Positions 20,867-30,641 of a stretch of 64,000 nucleotides of DNA are shown one piece after another. A model generated the notes under the pieces. It made no database searches, was not told where the DNA came from, and worked only from the letters and a program-made list of their open reading frames with translations. A program made the translations under genes and the position numbers. Each line of letters starts with the position of its first letter. Position 1 is the stretch's first letter. The DNA lies in NCBI GenBank assembly GCA_015662355.1, contig DQUI01000025.1, positions 90-64,089 of the forward strand, written 5' to 3'. Source of the stretch: Methanothermococcus okinawensis. GTDB taxonomy: Archaea > AGJL01 > Methanococci > Methanococcales > Methanococcaceae.

Positions 20867-21757
20867 CTACTGGAGTCTTATAGAGATATCTTTTTTCTCT
20901 ACTTTATAACTGAGATCCTTACCTCTGGCGTTGTCCACCAGTAGTTGGGAGATAGGAGGGGTGGTGTATATACCTACAATAGATGTGGTTATCCTAGGAT
21001 TTACCTCCAGGATGTAAATACTCTCTCCCTCCAGTAGAATATCCACACCTACGTAACCATTTAAACCTTCTATCTCTTTAAGGGCCTTCATAGACTCCTC
21101 TATCATTTTCTCCTTAAGGGGGTGATCTACGTTGATCTCCCCACCTATATATCTCCTCTCCCTGTAGTACTGTCTGTTGAGGGACAGGGGATAGAGTTTT
21201 TTCCCTACTATGAAACTTGTGGAGTAAGGTTCCCCCTCTATGTACTCCTGAATTATGTGGTCCTCCTGGATTATAAACTGGTTAGAACCTCCACAGCCCT
21301 CTATCTCCTTTACTATGTATCTCCTTGGAGGTAGGGTTTTAGGTGTTTTAACAACGTCCTTTATCCTCTTATAGGTTAGATATTTGTTGCCCCCTATCTT
21401 CACCCCATCACTGGAGGAACCTAAATTTAAGATATTCCTTTTCTCTATGGATCTAGTGAGGGTGTAGAGTATTCCATCACTTTCAGGGGCAATTACAAGG
21501 GCACCATCTATCTCCTCCCTGTCTAACACCTCTTCAAAAGTCTCCGTTACTTCAGAGCCCCTGTGGCTGTAGATCTTTAGATTGTCCCTAGGTTTGTAGT
21601 ACTTTATATGATTCTCCCCTATAAGGGTTATAACGTTAAAGTTGTTATCTAGGAAGTCCTTCAACAACCTGTTGAACATTAACTTACCCTCCAGGAGGAT
21701 ATGGGGGTCCACATCTTCGTTGCTCCCTAGGGCGTATTCAAAGAGGAATATATTCAT
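20867..21757 (-). CDS. mfnD: Tyramine--L-glutamate ligase (methanofuran biosynthesis, ATP-grasp)
   Basis: IFLFEY, EG..M, VIAPESDG.L, GCGG, QEYIEG, GYVGVD, LEVNPRITTS. Confidence 0.8.
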   Translation of the reverse strand: MNIFLFEYALGSNEDVDPHILLEGKLMFNRLLKDFLDNNFNVITLIGENHIKYYKPRDNLKIYSHRGSEVTETFEEVLDREEIDGALVIAPESDGILYTLTRSIEKRNILNLGSSSDGVKIGGNKYLTYKRIKDVVKTPKTLPPRRYIVKEIEGCGGSNQFIIQEDHIIQEYIEGEPYSTSFIVGKKLYPLSLNRQYYRERRYIGGEINVDHPLKEKMIEESMKALKEIEGLNGYVGVDILLEGESIYILEVNPRITTSIVGIYTTPPISQLLVDNARGKDLSYKVEKKDISIRLQ

Positions 21758-21759
21758 AA

Positions 21760-23667
21760 TTATCTAACCCTGACAGCATCTAGATTCATAGGAGCTCTCG
21801 TCTCCTTCTTAAATAATTTATGGGCTGTACTTGCAAAGTCGATACACTTTGAGGCCTCACCGTGGACCATGAGTATCTTCTCAGGCATAGGTTTAAGTTT
21901 TCTGAGATATCTCAACAGCTGTCTCCTGTCGCTGTGCCCAGAGAACCCCTCTAAGGTATGTACCTCTAGATTAACCTTTATCACCTTAGACTTCCCATTT
22001 TTACCAGTTATAGGGATCTCACGCCAGCCCTTCTGCACCTTCCTTCCAAGGGTACCTTCAGCTTGATAACCTACAAATATTAAGGTATTTCTCTCATCCC
22101 CTGCAAGGGCCTTGAAGTACTCTACACTTGGACCTCCAGTTAGCATACCTGAGGTTGTGAGGATTATACAGGGTTCATCACTGTCTATTATGTTCCTCCT
22201 GTTGTTGGTGTTTTTAACCCTCCTAAACACCTCAGATAGGAAGGGGTTGTCTCCCTCGTGAAGTATTCTATCCCTTATACTCTTGGACAGATACTCAGGA
22301 TATGCTGTATGGATAGCAGTAGCCTCCCAGATCATACCGTCTAAGTAAACTGGGGCGTTAAATATTCCCTGGTTATACCCCTCCTCTAAAACGAGCATTA
22401 ACTCCTGGGCTCTCCCAACACCAAATACAGGTATAAGTACCTTACCTCCCCTCTTTACAGTCTCTGAGACGATCCTTAGAAACTCCTTCTCTGTTTTCTC
22501 CCTATCTGGGAGGATGTCCTCCTGTCCCCCATAGGTGGACTCTATTATCAACGCCTCCAACCTTGGGAACTGACATACTGCAGGCTCCAGTAGTCGAGAG
22601 GCCTCAAACTTTATATCCCCAGTATAGGCTATGTTGAACAATCCCTCTCCAATGTGGAGATGGGCAATAGAGGAACCTAGTATATGCCCTGCGTTGTGGA
22701 GGGTAAGTTTTACTCCAGGGGCAATATCTGTAGTTACCCCGTAGTCAATAGGTATGGTGTGCTTAACACACTTCTTGATATCCTTAGTAGTATAGGGTAC
22801 AACTTTTCCCTCCTTCTCTGCAATCTCTAGGTAGTCCTTCTGAAGTAATGTCATTAGATCCCTTGTAGGTCTGGAGCAGTACACTGGTCCGTCGTAGCCG
22901 TATCTGAAGAGACCTGGAATAAAGCCACAGTGATCCAGGTGGGCGTGAGTGACAACTACTGCATCTATCTCCTCGATGGAGAACTCTGGAGTGTCAAAAT
23001 GGGGGAATGCCCTCTCCCCATCTACAGCTACATTTATTCCACAATCTATAACAATCCTGCTCTCAGGTGTTTGGAGGTAGTTACAAGTCCTTCCCACCTC
23101 CCTTGCACCTCCTAGGAAGGACATCCTTACCCAGGCGTCCCCCTTAAGTTTCACATCCCTGTGTATCCTTCTCCCTATCTTTCTTAAGATCTCTTTAACC
23201 TCTGCCCTTTCCCTGTATAGTGTAGCCCTTATTGCATTGATAGTCTCTGAGGGTATAGGAGGAGTTCTAACAGGTTTAGGGGCCCACTTTATCGCCTTCT
23301 TGATCTCCTCCAAGGTACGCCCCTCTTTCCCAATAACTAAACCAGGTTTCTTAGACTCTATAATCACCTCTCCAGTGTTTGCGTCAAATATACAGTTTGT
23401 TATCTCTGCATCCTCTGGTACTATCTCCAATATCTTATTCCTGGCAGTTTCTGGATCTGTTAGAACAGAGGGATCTGGTCTTACAGTGATTCTCTTTTTA
23501 AAGATCTTTGCAATGTTCTTGATAAATGTGTTTGAAAAGATCTCAGGGTTCTTGGAGTAGATCACTACCTCTGGCCCTTCAAATTGGACATCTGTGATTG
23601 TTGCACTTCCTGGTGAATTCTTTACTACGTATTCCTTTATCTCTTTCAACAACTCCTCAGCTGACAA
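21760..23667 (-). CDS. fttA: aCPSF1/FttA beta-CASP ribonuclease and transcription termination factor
   Basis: N-terminal KH domains (GLVIGKEG), THAHLDHCG, NAGHILGSS, FSGHSDR; adjacent to psmB. Confidence 0.93.
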   Translation of the reverse strand: MSAEELLKEIKEYVVKNSPGSATITDVQFEGPEVVIYSKNPEIFSNTFIKNIAKIFKKRITVRPDPSVLTDPETARNKILEIVPEDAEITNCIFDANTGEVIIESKKPGLVIGKEGRTLEEIKKAIKWAPKPVRTPPIPSETINAIRATLYRERAEVKEILRKIGRRIHRDVKLKGDAWVRMSFLGGAREVGRTCNYLQTPESRIVIDCGINVAVDGERAFPHFDTPEFSIEEIDAVVVTHAHLDHCGFIPGLFRYGYDGPVYCSRPTRDLMTLLQKDYLEIAEKEGKVVPYTTKDIKKCVKHTIPIDYGVTTDIAPGVKLTLHNAGHILGSSIAHLHIGEGLFNIAYTGDIKFEASRLLEPAVCQFPRLEALIIESTYGGQEDILPDREKTEKEFLRIVSETVKRGGKVLIPVFGVGRAQELMLVLEEGYNQGIFNAPVYLDGMIWEATAIHTAYPEYLSKSIRDRILHEGDNPFLSEVFRRVKNTNNRRNIIDSDEPCIILTTSGMLTGGPSVEYFKALAGDERNTLIFVGYQAEGTLGRKVQKGWREIPITGKNGKSKVIKVNLEVHTLEGFSGHSDRRQLLRYLRKLKPMPEKILMVHGEASKCIDFASTAHKLFKKETRAPMNLDAVRVR

Positions 23668-23793
23668 AACGAACCCTCCAAAAAATTTTTTAAATAGAGT
23701 TAAAAATAATTAAAATTTTTATCATGAAGAAAAGCAAAAGATAGTGACCTCTAGTAGTAAAAATAAAGTTAAAAAAATAATATGTAAAAGTCA
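23668..23793 (-). terminator. U-tract-rich psmB 3' region and aCPSF1 leader (putative terminator plus promoter)
   Basis: Eight runs of 4 or more T on the minus strand in 126 bp, including T7 (plus A23771-23777) just after the psmB stop. Confidence 0.45.
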
Positions 23794-24453
23794 TTATTTT
23801 TTCTTCTTAATTCTATTTATAATCCTCTTCACCTCGTTATCGGAGTATATCTTGACTCCATTCTTATCCACCACTCCAAGGGAGATACCGTTACCTGAGA
23901 AGGCATCCCTCTCCATGGCAGATAGGAGAGCTTTGACTGCAAGATCTCTACCTTTTCTTACACCTATGTTCTTTCTATACTCACTCTCCAGGACACCGAG
24001 GGCAGTTGGAGAACCTGAACCTGTAGCTGTAAAGGATGTCTCCTCGTTAATTCCCCCGAGAGGATCTAGGGAAAATAGTTTTGGACCGTAAAGGTTGTCA
24101 TATCCTCCAACTAACAACTGGGTTAAAAAAGGGAAGTACCTACTACCATGGAGTATATTACTTAGAAGTACTGCACAGGAGTGAGGTGGCATGTGATTCC
24201 CATTCCTAAGCTTGTACAACTTAGCCTCTGCAGAGATCCATCTAACGAGGGCCTGGGCATCTCCTACACTACCTGCCACAGTCATGGCAATATAATCGTC
24301 TATCTTATATAACTTTTTCGCATCCTTATCTGCAACGAGGTTGCCCATTGTGGCTCTCCTGTCGGTGGCAAGTACTACACCGTCTCTACATACGATACCT
24401 ACTGTGGTAGTCCCCTTCATACACTCTGGATACATCTCCTTAGATACCATCAT
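23794..24453 (-). CDS. psmB: Proteasome subunit beta
   Basis: Propeptide then G|TTTVG catalytic Thr, [28 protein letters not shown]. Confidence 0.96.
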   Translation of the reverse strand: MMVSKEMYPECMKGTTTVGIVCRDGVVLATDRRATMGNLVADKDAKKLYKIDDYIAMTVAGSVGDAQALVRWISAEAKLYKLRNGNHMPPHSCAVLLSNILHGSRYFPFLTQLLVGGYDNLYGPKLFSLDPLGGINEETSFTATGSGSPTALGVLESEYRKNIGVRKGRDLAVKALLSAMERDAFSGNGISLGVVDKNGVKIYSDNEVKRIINRIKKKK

Positions 24454-24513
24454 TTAATCCTCCCCTCATTATTTTATTAAAAATTTTATCTTTTACTCTA
24501 GTGATATATAAAA

Positions 24514-24813
24514 TTACCTTAGATCCTCTAGGGCTCTATCACATAGCTCCACTATCTCCCTTAGGGCCTCTTTGAGCACCTCTAGAGGATCTACCCCCTC
24601 TCTGGTGATAAGTGTTATTTTTGGATTGGATATATATCTACCAGTTTCAGGATCTAAAACAGGGTGCTCTATACAGTAGGAGGCCATAACAACTTTATCC
24701 TCCTTTTTTAATAGGATGTCCTTAAGTAGATTACACAGGGAGTGATCCTCGTTTACTATCTCTAGCTCTATACTGTTTTTATCCCTATTTAGTATCTTTA
24801 CGTATTCGCCCAT
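24514..24813 (-). CDS. rpoL: DNA-directed RNA polymerase subunit L (Rpo11)
   Basis: [17 protein letters not shown]. Confidence 0.92.
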   Translation of the reverse strand: MGEYVKILNRDKNSIELEIVNEDHSLCNLLKDILLKKEDKVVMASYCIEHPVLDPETGRYISNPKITLITREGVDPLEVLKEALREIVELCDRALEDLR

Positions 24814-25435
24814 CCTCTCCCTCCTTTAAGTAGTACTCCTTTATAACTTTTGGATCTCTATTTAGCTGTATAGTACCCTCCTCCACCCTAAAGAAACCTT
24901 TCTCTATACACTCCTCTACAATCTCCTCTATATCCCTTCCTGTTAAATAGGAGATAAGGATTATCAGGTTTCTCACTGGCTTTGAACCTATCTTCAAGGT
25001 GCTCAGTCGTGGGTCACTGTTTATCCTACTTAACTCCTCCAAGATCTTGTTGAATTCATCGTAGGGTAACTTACATTTTATAGTGCCCCTGTCCCTGTTG
25101 TATATGTAGTCGATGTTCAACATGTCCAAGGTCTCTATAATGAGCTCCTTACTTATAGGGTATTTTAACTCAGATAGGGAGAACTCATAGTATCCCCTAG
25201 GATCTGGGTTGTACTTCCTGTGTATCTTGTTTATTAAAGTCATTACTGTTTTATAGTCCTGGATAAGTTTGTCCTTGTCATAACTGTATATCCTGATCCT
25301 AAAGGTATTTACGTCCTCCTCTTCCCTGTATACTGTCTTTGACTCTACGGAACAGTTAATGTCCATCTTGGATATCTCATTACAGAAGTCTACTATCTCT
25401 CTATTTGTAGCCCTTAAACTTATAATCTTCTTCAT
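24785..25435 (-). CDS. Conserved archaeal protein, DUF2067-like
   Basis: 216 aa with genome-typical codon usage directly upstream of rpoL; family assigned from recalled synteny only. Confidence 0.55.
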   Translation of the reverse strand: MKKIISLRATNREIVDFCNEISKMDINCSVESKTVYREEEDVNTFRIRIYSYDKDKLIQDYKTVMTLINKIHRKYNPDPRGYYEFSLSELKYPISKELIIETLDMLNIDYIYNRDRGTIKCKLPYDEFNKILEELSRINSDPRLSTLKIGSKPVRNLIILISYLTGRDIEEIVEECIEKGFFRVEEGTIQLNRDPKVIKEYYLKEGEDGRIRKDTK

Positions 25436-25443
25436 ACTTTCAC

Positions 25444-26238
25444 CTAGAGATATACAATACTGTAGAAGTCCTTGTACAGGGAAATCTTCAATCCAATCTT
25501 CGCTGCGATAGTTTTAACCCCAGTATGTTCTAGGATATACTTACACTCCCCTATAGTATTAGTCATCTTTAAACCCATATGGTTCATAATAACTAACTCA
25601 GGTTTTTTATCCATACTCTCTAAGAGATCTATTACATCGTCGGAACATAGGTGACCTCTTATCCTCCTTCCCCTCTCCCTCATAACGTTGGCTACAAGTA
25701 TCCTAACCCCGTCGAAGTCCTGGGAGAGAGAGTCTATCTTTTCTGTATCCCCTGTGTATCCAATATCCCCCCTGTATGTACTGACCCTTAAACCGATACC
25801 AAAGGGATCTCCATGTTTTGTCCTCGTGCCAGTTAGTGTTACGTCGTAGATACTTACAGTCTCTCCAGGGTTTAACATATGGACTCCCTGGCACATGGAC
25901 TGGTGATACTTAGATATGGCGTTCTCGTACTTTCCAAACCCCTCTAAAACTGAGATATTACTTACAATATGTCCCCTCTTCTCAGTCATCCCCCTGGTCA
26001 TAGCCTCTACTACAACCTCTGCATCTGTGTAGTGATCTGGGTGATCGTGGGATACGAAGAGGATGTTAGTATCCAGGGGATTTATCTTTAGCTCCCTCAT
26101 CCTTACCAAGGTTCCAGGACCTGGATCTATATGTAGTCGTGTTTTTTCAGTGTGTATTCTAAAACCTCCAGTACCCTTGTTTTGATATATTGTTTCCCAC
26201 CTACCTCCTCCAGCACCTAAAAATATTATATCCACCAA
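25444..26238 (-). CDS. Metallo-beta-lactamase-fold hydrolase
   Basis: FLGAGGGR, DPGPG, SHDHPDHYTD, GYTGDT, GHL, MNH. Confidence 0.85.
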   Translation of the reverse strand: MVDIIFLGAGGGRWETIYQNKGTGGFRIHTEKTRLHIDPGPGTLVRMRELKINPLDTNILFVSHDHPDHYTDAEVVVEAMTRGMTEKRGHIVSNISVLEGFGKYENAISKYHQSMCQGVHMLNPGETVSIYDVTLTGTRTKHGDPFGIGLRVSTYRGDIGYTGDTEKIDSLSQDFDGVRILVANVMRERGRRIRGHLCSDDVIDLLESMDKKPELVIMNHMGLKMTNTIGECKYILEHTGVKTIAAKIGLKISLYKDFYSIVYL

Positions 26239-26249
26239 GATACCACATC

Positions 26250-26755
26250 CTACTCCATGGTAAAAATAGTGATATTGTCAACAACACCTTCAATCTCCAT
26301 AACAGTATAGGGACTAGTTATAACAAAATCTTCAACATAACGTTCTGTGGGATATACAGTTATATTCCCTCTACTGTGTTCCACCATTATCTACAGATAG
26401 TAATAGTCAAAGGGTTTCTTACCTCTGTATATATGTATAACAGTTCTATTCCTCCAGATATCTAGATAGGTGTAGTCACTAGAATCCTCCCTCTCACTGA
26501 ACTTCCCATACTCTAAAATAGTGTAGTTTACTTTTCTAGGATAACTTATATATATTTTATCCTCCAGACTGTTCTCTAAGTTATTTGTCCTGTTGTATTC
26601 CTCTACTGGATGTTCCAGGTTTCAACTTTTTTCCCTGTATAGTTATCACTGTTAAAGTCAAGGGACATCCTATTATCGTTGGAGTGTATACAGGAACATA
26701 AGGAGGTAATTAGAACTAGTATATTAACGGTAGTGCCTATCTCTGTTATATTCAT
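26250..26755 (-). pseudogene. Disrupted lipoprotein-like gene (1-bp deletion plus in-frame TAG)
   Basis: AGGTGA RBS and ATG at 26755; LCSC lipobox-like signal; frame 1 stops at 26603-26605; reading continues in the -1 frame to TAG 26391-26393, then in the same frame to TAG 26250-26252. Confidence 0.65.
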
Positions 26756-26780
26756 ATTATCACCTTAACTTTTTAGAGAT

Positions 26781-27590
26781 TTATCTTCCAAACCTCCTTA
26801 TTCTCCTTTGATAATCCCTTATTGCCCTGAGAAAATCTATCTTTCTAAACTTAGGCCAGAAGATGTCACAGAAGTAAAGCTCTGAATAACTTGACTGCCA
26901 TATAAGGAAGTTGCTTATCCTCTCCTCCCCTGAGGTTCTTATTATTAAATCAGGATCTGGGTGGGGAAGGTGGGCAGTGTATAGATGCTGGGAGATAGTC
27001 TCCACAGTTATGTCCTCAATGTCTAACTGGTTGTTTTTCACCTTTTCAGCAATCTTCTTAACAGCATCTACTAACTCCTGTCTACCTCCATATGCAATGG
27101 CAATATTGACTCTGTATCTCTTGTAATTTTTAGTCCTCTCCTCTGCATATTTTATAGCCTCCTGTACTTTCCTAGGTAGTAGATGCAATCTACCTATAGC
27201 CTTAATGTTGATCTTATACCTGTGAACATCTGGATCCTCTGCAATAGATCTAAACTCCCTCTCAAATAAATCCATCAGTGCCTCTACCTCCTCCTTAGGT
27301 CTGTGGAAATTCTCAAGGGAGAAGGAGTAGAGGGTGACAGTCTCAATATTTAACTCGATACACCATCTTATAAACTCCCTAACCTTCTTCGCACCTAAAT
27401 AATGCCCCTTTATAGGTTTCTCCCCTAACAACCTTGCCAACCTCCTGTTCCCATCCATTATAATCCCCACATGCCTTGGAACCTTGTCCCTATCGATCTC
27501 CCTTTCAAGTATTTTTTCATAGATCTTTGAAACCCCTAATCTATTGAAAAAATCGTAAATTTTTATAAGTAAGGACAACACTACCACCAA
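26781..27590 (-). CDS. uppS: cis-prenyltransferase (undecaprenyl diphosphate synthase)
   Basis: HVGIIMDGNRR, YSFSLENFHR, IAYGGRQE, IIRTSGEERISNFLIWQ. Confidence 0.95.
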   Translation of the reverse strand: MVVVLSLLIKIYDFFNRLGVSKIYEKILEREIDRDKVPRHVGIIMDGNRRLARLLGEKPIKGHYLGAKKVREFIRWCIELNIETVTLYSFSLENFHRPKEEVEALMDLFEREFRSIAEDPDVHRYKINIKAIGRLHLLPRKVQEAIKYAEERTKNYKRYRVNIAIAYGGRQELVDAVKKIAEKVKNNQLDIEDITVETISQHLYTAHLPHPDPDLIIRTSGEERISNFLIWQSSYSELYFCDIFWPKFRKIDFLRAIRDYQRRIRRFGR

Positions 27591-27621
27591 ACATGAATTT
27601 TAATAATCAACAAAAACAGTA

Positions 27622-28356
27622 TTACTCCAAGGTTTTTAGAAATTTTATACTGTTGTAGTATCTATCCCAACTACTACTTCTACTTGTATCTATGAATTTT
27701 ATCTTTTTTCTCCCTAGGAGTAAGGCTCCACACCCCTCTACTCCACATACTAGGGCTAAAGATCTAAAGATCAAATTGCCTGATATGCCATCTGGCGCCA
27801 GTATAACGTTAAAACCCTCCTTCAAGTACTCCTCTAACACTATCCCCCTATGCTCTATATGGATGTTATACCTTCTACTTATGTACCTTACAACGTTTAC
27901 TGCCTCATCTATAGATCTGTCTATCCTCTCACCTCTACCGTAGTCAGAGGGCCTTCCCCCAGAGAGTACTCCAATCTTCACATCTTTAAATATAGGGGTA
28001 TCCCTCAGGAACTTCAGTACATACTCTATAATAGCTATCTTATCTCTGAGGCTGTTATCTTCATCTATCTCGTCTATACCTACAGGAGTTAAAAGAAAGT
28101 ATTCCCTGTTGAAGGGATTCCTCAGGACGGAGGCCCTGTAGAATCTCCCTATATGTTTCCTCAGATAGGGTATTACCTCTGAGGAGGGTAAGGTCCCCCT
28201 TATCCCCCCTGAGACCTCCCCTCTCACTACAGCATCCACTAGCTCCTTAGGATCCTCCACAAGTTTTACCTCTATACCTTCCCCTAGAAGTTTTTTATAG
28301 GCTTTTAATATCTCTCCACTGTTTCTATTTCTGTAGTCTATCCCTAGGAGATACAT
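27622..28356 (-). CDS. mtxX: Methanogenesis marker 4 / MtxX-like protein
   Basis: IRGTL, PVGIDE, SGGR..D.GR, LAPDGISGNLIFRSL, DTSR. Confidence 0.8.
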   Translation of the reverse strand: MYLLGIDYRNRNSGEILKAYKKLLGEGIEVKLVEDPKELVDAVVRGEVSGGIRGTLPSSEVIPYLRKHIGRFYRASVLRNPFNREYFLLTPVGIDEIDEDNSLRDKIAIIEYVLKFLRDTPIFKDVKIGVLSGGRPSDYGRGERIDRSIDEAVNVVRYISRRYNIHIEHRGIVLEEYLKEGFNVILAPDGISGNLIFRSLALVCGVEGCGALLLGRKKIKFIDTSRSSSWDRYYNSIKFLKTLE

Positions 28357-28365
28357 AGTATCAGT

Positions 28366-28620
28366 TTACTCCTCTATTTCGTCGAACCTCTGGGTCCTCA
28401 TAACTGTAAAGGCGAAGAAGGCTGGAAGTACAGCACCTCCTAGTATAGCCTCAGTTAGGGCTACATCTGGAGCTAGGAGAGATGTAAATATATAGGCCAG
28501 TCCTAAACCTCCCAGTCCAGTTAGAACTACACATTTTATAAGGTCTTTTTGAGTTAGGGCACCTAGATAGGAGAGTAGAACAAGTATTAATACTGCTCCG
28601 TCAATTACACTTAGAAACAT
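28366..28620 (-). CDS. ehbD: Energy-converting hydrogenase B subunit D (DUF4040)
   Basis: LLAPDVALTEAILG motif, three hydrophobic segments. Confidence 0.75.
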   Translation of the reverse strand: MFLSVIDGAVLILVLLSYLGALTQKDLIKCVVLTGLGGLGLAYIFTSLLAPDVALTEAILGGAVLPAFFAFTVMRTQRFDEIEE

Positions 28621-28621
28621 G

Positions 28622-28906
28622 TTAACCCCTTAATTTTCTTGTTAACTTCTCCTTCATCCTGTCGTAGTAGTCTGCATTGGCTATAGCATGTGCCGCAAAG
28701 GGAGATAAGACCAGATAGAGCAGTGCCAGCAGTGGACGATTTAAAATTAACATGATGAGTATACAGGCTAGATCAATAACGCTGGCAATATGTATACGGG
28801 CATAGACCATGTTCTTTCCGTCCTTCATAACCCATAATCTATAAGATGCCAGTAGTATCCCCATGGAAGCTATTAAAAGAACTATCTCCTTTATGGGAAT
28901 ATACAT
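28622..28906 (-). CDS. ehbC: Energy-converting hydrogenase B subunit C (MnhG-like)
   Basis: YARIHIASVID...SPFAAHAIANA MnhG-like pattern; paired with ehbD. Confidence 0.7.
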   Translation of the reverse strand: MYIPIKEIVLLIASMGILLASYRLWVMKDGKNMVYARIHIASVIDLACILIMLILNRPLLALLYLVLSPFAAHAIANADYYDRMKEKLTRKLRG

Positions 28907-28937
28907 GTTTCACACCTAGTAATAACTTTTAAAGTTC

Positions 28938-30041
28938 TTATAAAAACCTTCTTAACTTAATAGCGTTGAATCTACACATCTCGTGGCAACAGTAGCAGTT
29001 TATACACTTTTTTCTATCTATCTCTAAGTTCTCTAGAGATATTGCCCCTACAGGGCATATCTTTTCACACACCCCACATCTTTTACATCTAACTCTATCT
29101 ATCCTTGGCTTCTCTATTATAATAGAGGATATCAACCTTATTATAAAAGGGGGGAGTATAGATGTTAAATAGTAGGTATCAGGTTTTCTAAAGTTCATCC
29201 TGGGAACCTCCATTAAATCCCTCCTTCTCACTATCCCATCTACTTCAAAAATATTTAATTTATCCTCCCAGTTTTCAATCCTCTCAGTTAAAATTCTGTT
29301 GGTGAGGACATCCATAGGGTTGTATCCTATATAGTAGGTCGCAAAGATATCTAGGGCCAGGGCATCTCTAGAGGCTATCACTATTTGGGCGTTCACAGGT
29401 TTTCCATTACTTGGACCATTACCATCCATACCCCAGATTCCATCCATTACAGAGATTATCTCCCTCCCCTTTGATAGATATCTGTACAACTCCACCAGTA
29501 GATGTGCAAAGTCATACGCCCTGGGAAAATATTTATGGAGTTTAATTTTTAAACCTCCAGGTATACAACCGTATAGGTTTTTAACAGCTCCAGTATACCT
29601 CATAAGGACATGGGTTTTTAACTTTGGGAGATTTATTATTAGATCACTATCTATTACAGTCTTTGGAATTGCCAAGGTAGTATTTAGTAGCTTTATCTTT
29701 ACACTCTTGTCTCTCTCAAAAGGTAAAAAGGATATTCCATATTTCTCACAAACCTCCTTTATCCTGGAAACTTCATAGGCCTTCTCTGTGGAGAATCCAG
29801 AAGACTCCCCCACTACAATATTTCCCTCCTCTATCCCCTTCACCTCTATTAGATATTTTAGAATCCAATCTAAAAATGCTGGATGTGTAGTAACATGTTT
29901 ATCTGGGGGATAAGGTCCTAGTATGTTAGGTTTTACAAGTATTCTTTTATTATCCCCTAGGTTACTAAAGGTTAAATCTAGTAACTTATTCCTCCTATCA
30001 AGTAAGTTATAGTTTTTAACAGTAGTGTAGTATACCTCCAT
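28938..30041 (-). CDS. DUF362 protein with C-terminal 2x[4Fe-4S] domain
   Basis: LVKPN, TTHP, INLPKLKTH, TGAVKNLYG, GNGP; CKRCGVCEKICP and CINCYCCHEMC. Confidence 0.85.
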   Translation of the reverse strand: MEVYYTTVKNYNLLDRRNKLLDLTFSNLGDNKRILVKPNILGPYPPDKHVTTHPAFLDWILKYLIEVKGIEEGNIVVGESSGFSTEKAYEVSRIKEVCEKYGISFLPFERDKSVKIKLLNTTLAIPKTVIDSDLIINLPKLKTHVLMRYTGAVKNLYGCIPGGLKIKLHKYFPRAYDFAHLLVELYRYLSKGREIISVMDGIWGMDGNGPSNGKPVNAQIVIASRDALALDIFATYYIGYNPMDVLTNRILTERIENWEDKLNIFEVDGIVRRRDLMEVPRMNFRKPDTYYLTSILPPFIIRLISSIIIEKPRIDRVRCKRCGVCEKICPVGAISLENLEIDRKKCINCYCCHEMCRFNAIKLRRFL

Positions 30042-30083
30042 TTTTACACCCTATGAAATAACTAAAAACTTCAGTGGGATAAT

Positions 30084-30641
30084 ATGAATACTGCCAAAGT
30101 TATGGAAGACATACTTAGAAGAATAATATCCATAAGAAAAAATCTAGATAAAGATCTAAAACATATATCCCTTCACATCCAGCAGATGGACGACGATATA
30201 TTTAACTTTATCATATCCAGACTTAAAAAAGAGATTGAAATTGTTAAAAGGTATAATCCTCCAGTTAGACCTGCTATAGATCCTATGGTGTCCTCCTATC
30301 TAGGTGTTTACTCTAGGTTAGAGTGGGCAGAGGAGTACGGGAAGTTGATGGGATATCCTAGATGCTGTATTGAATCCTTTAAATCTGTGAGATTTGCCAT
30401 AGATGAGGAACACCTTAAGGAGAGGGAGAGCTTAAAGGAGGAGGGAAAAGTTGCTGTAGTGATAACATCAGGTTTCATCCCCTGTAGTTTAAGATGTAGG
30501 GAGGCCTGGAGGAGATCCCTTATAGCTCTAGTATCCCAGGAGGAGTACAACAGTATAGTGAAATTAGAGGAGGAGTTGCTTAGGGAGCTCCCCCATTACC
30601 ACGGTGGATATAGGGAGTACTACGAAAAGATAATACTTTAA
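30084..30641 (+). CDS. Conserved archaeal protein, DUF483-like
   Basis: YGKLMGYPRCCI and GFIPCS motifs. Confidence 0.6.
   Translation: MNTAKVMEDILRRIISIRKNLDKDLKHISLHIQQMDDDIFNFIISRLKKEIEIVKRYNPPVRPAIDPMVSSYLGVYSRLEWAEEYGKLMGYPRCCIESFKSVRFAIDEEHLKERESLKEEGKVAVVITSGFIPCSLRCREAWRRSLIALVSQEEYNSIVKLEEELLRELPHYHGGYREYYEKIIL

Noticed and set aside
26391-26393. In-frame TAG read as pyrrolysine recoding
   Set aside because: Pyl is not known in Methanococcales, and the same gene also carries a frameshift; decay is simpler.
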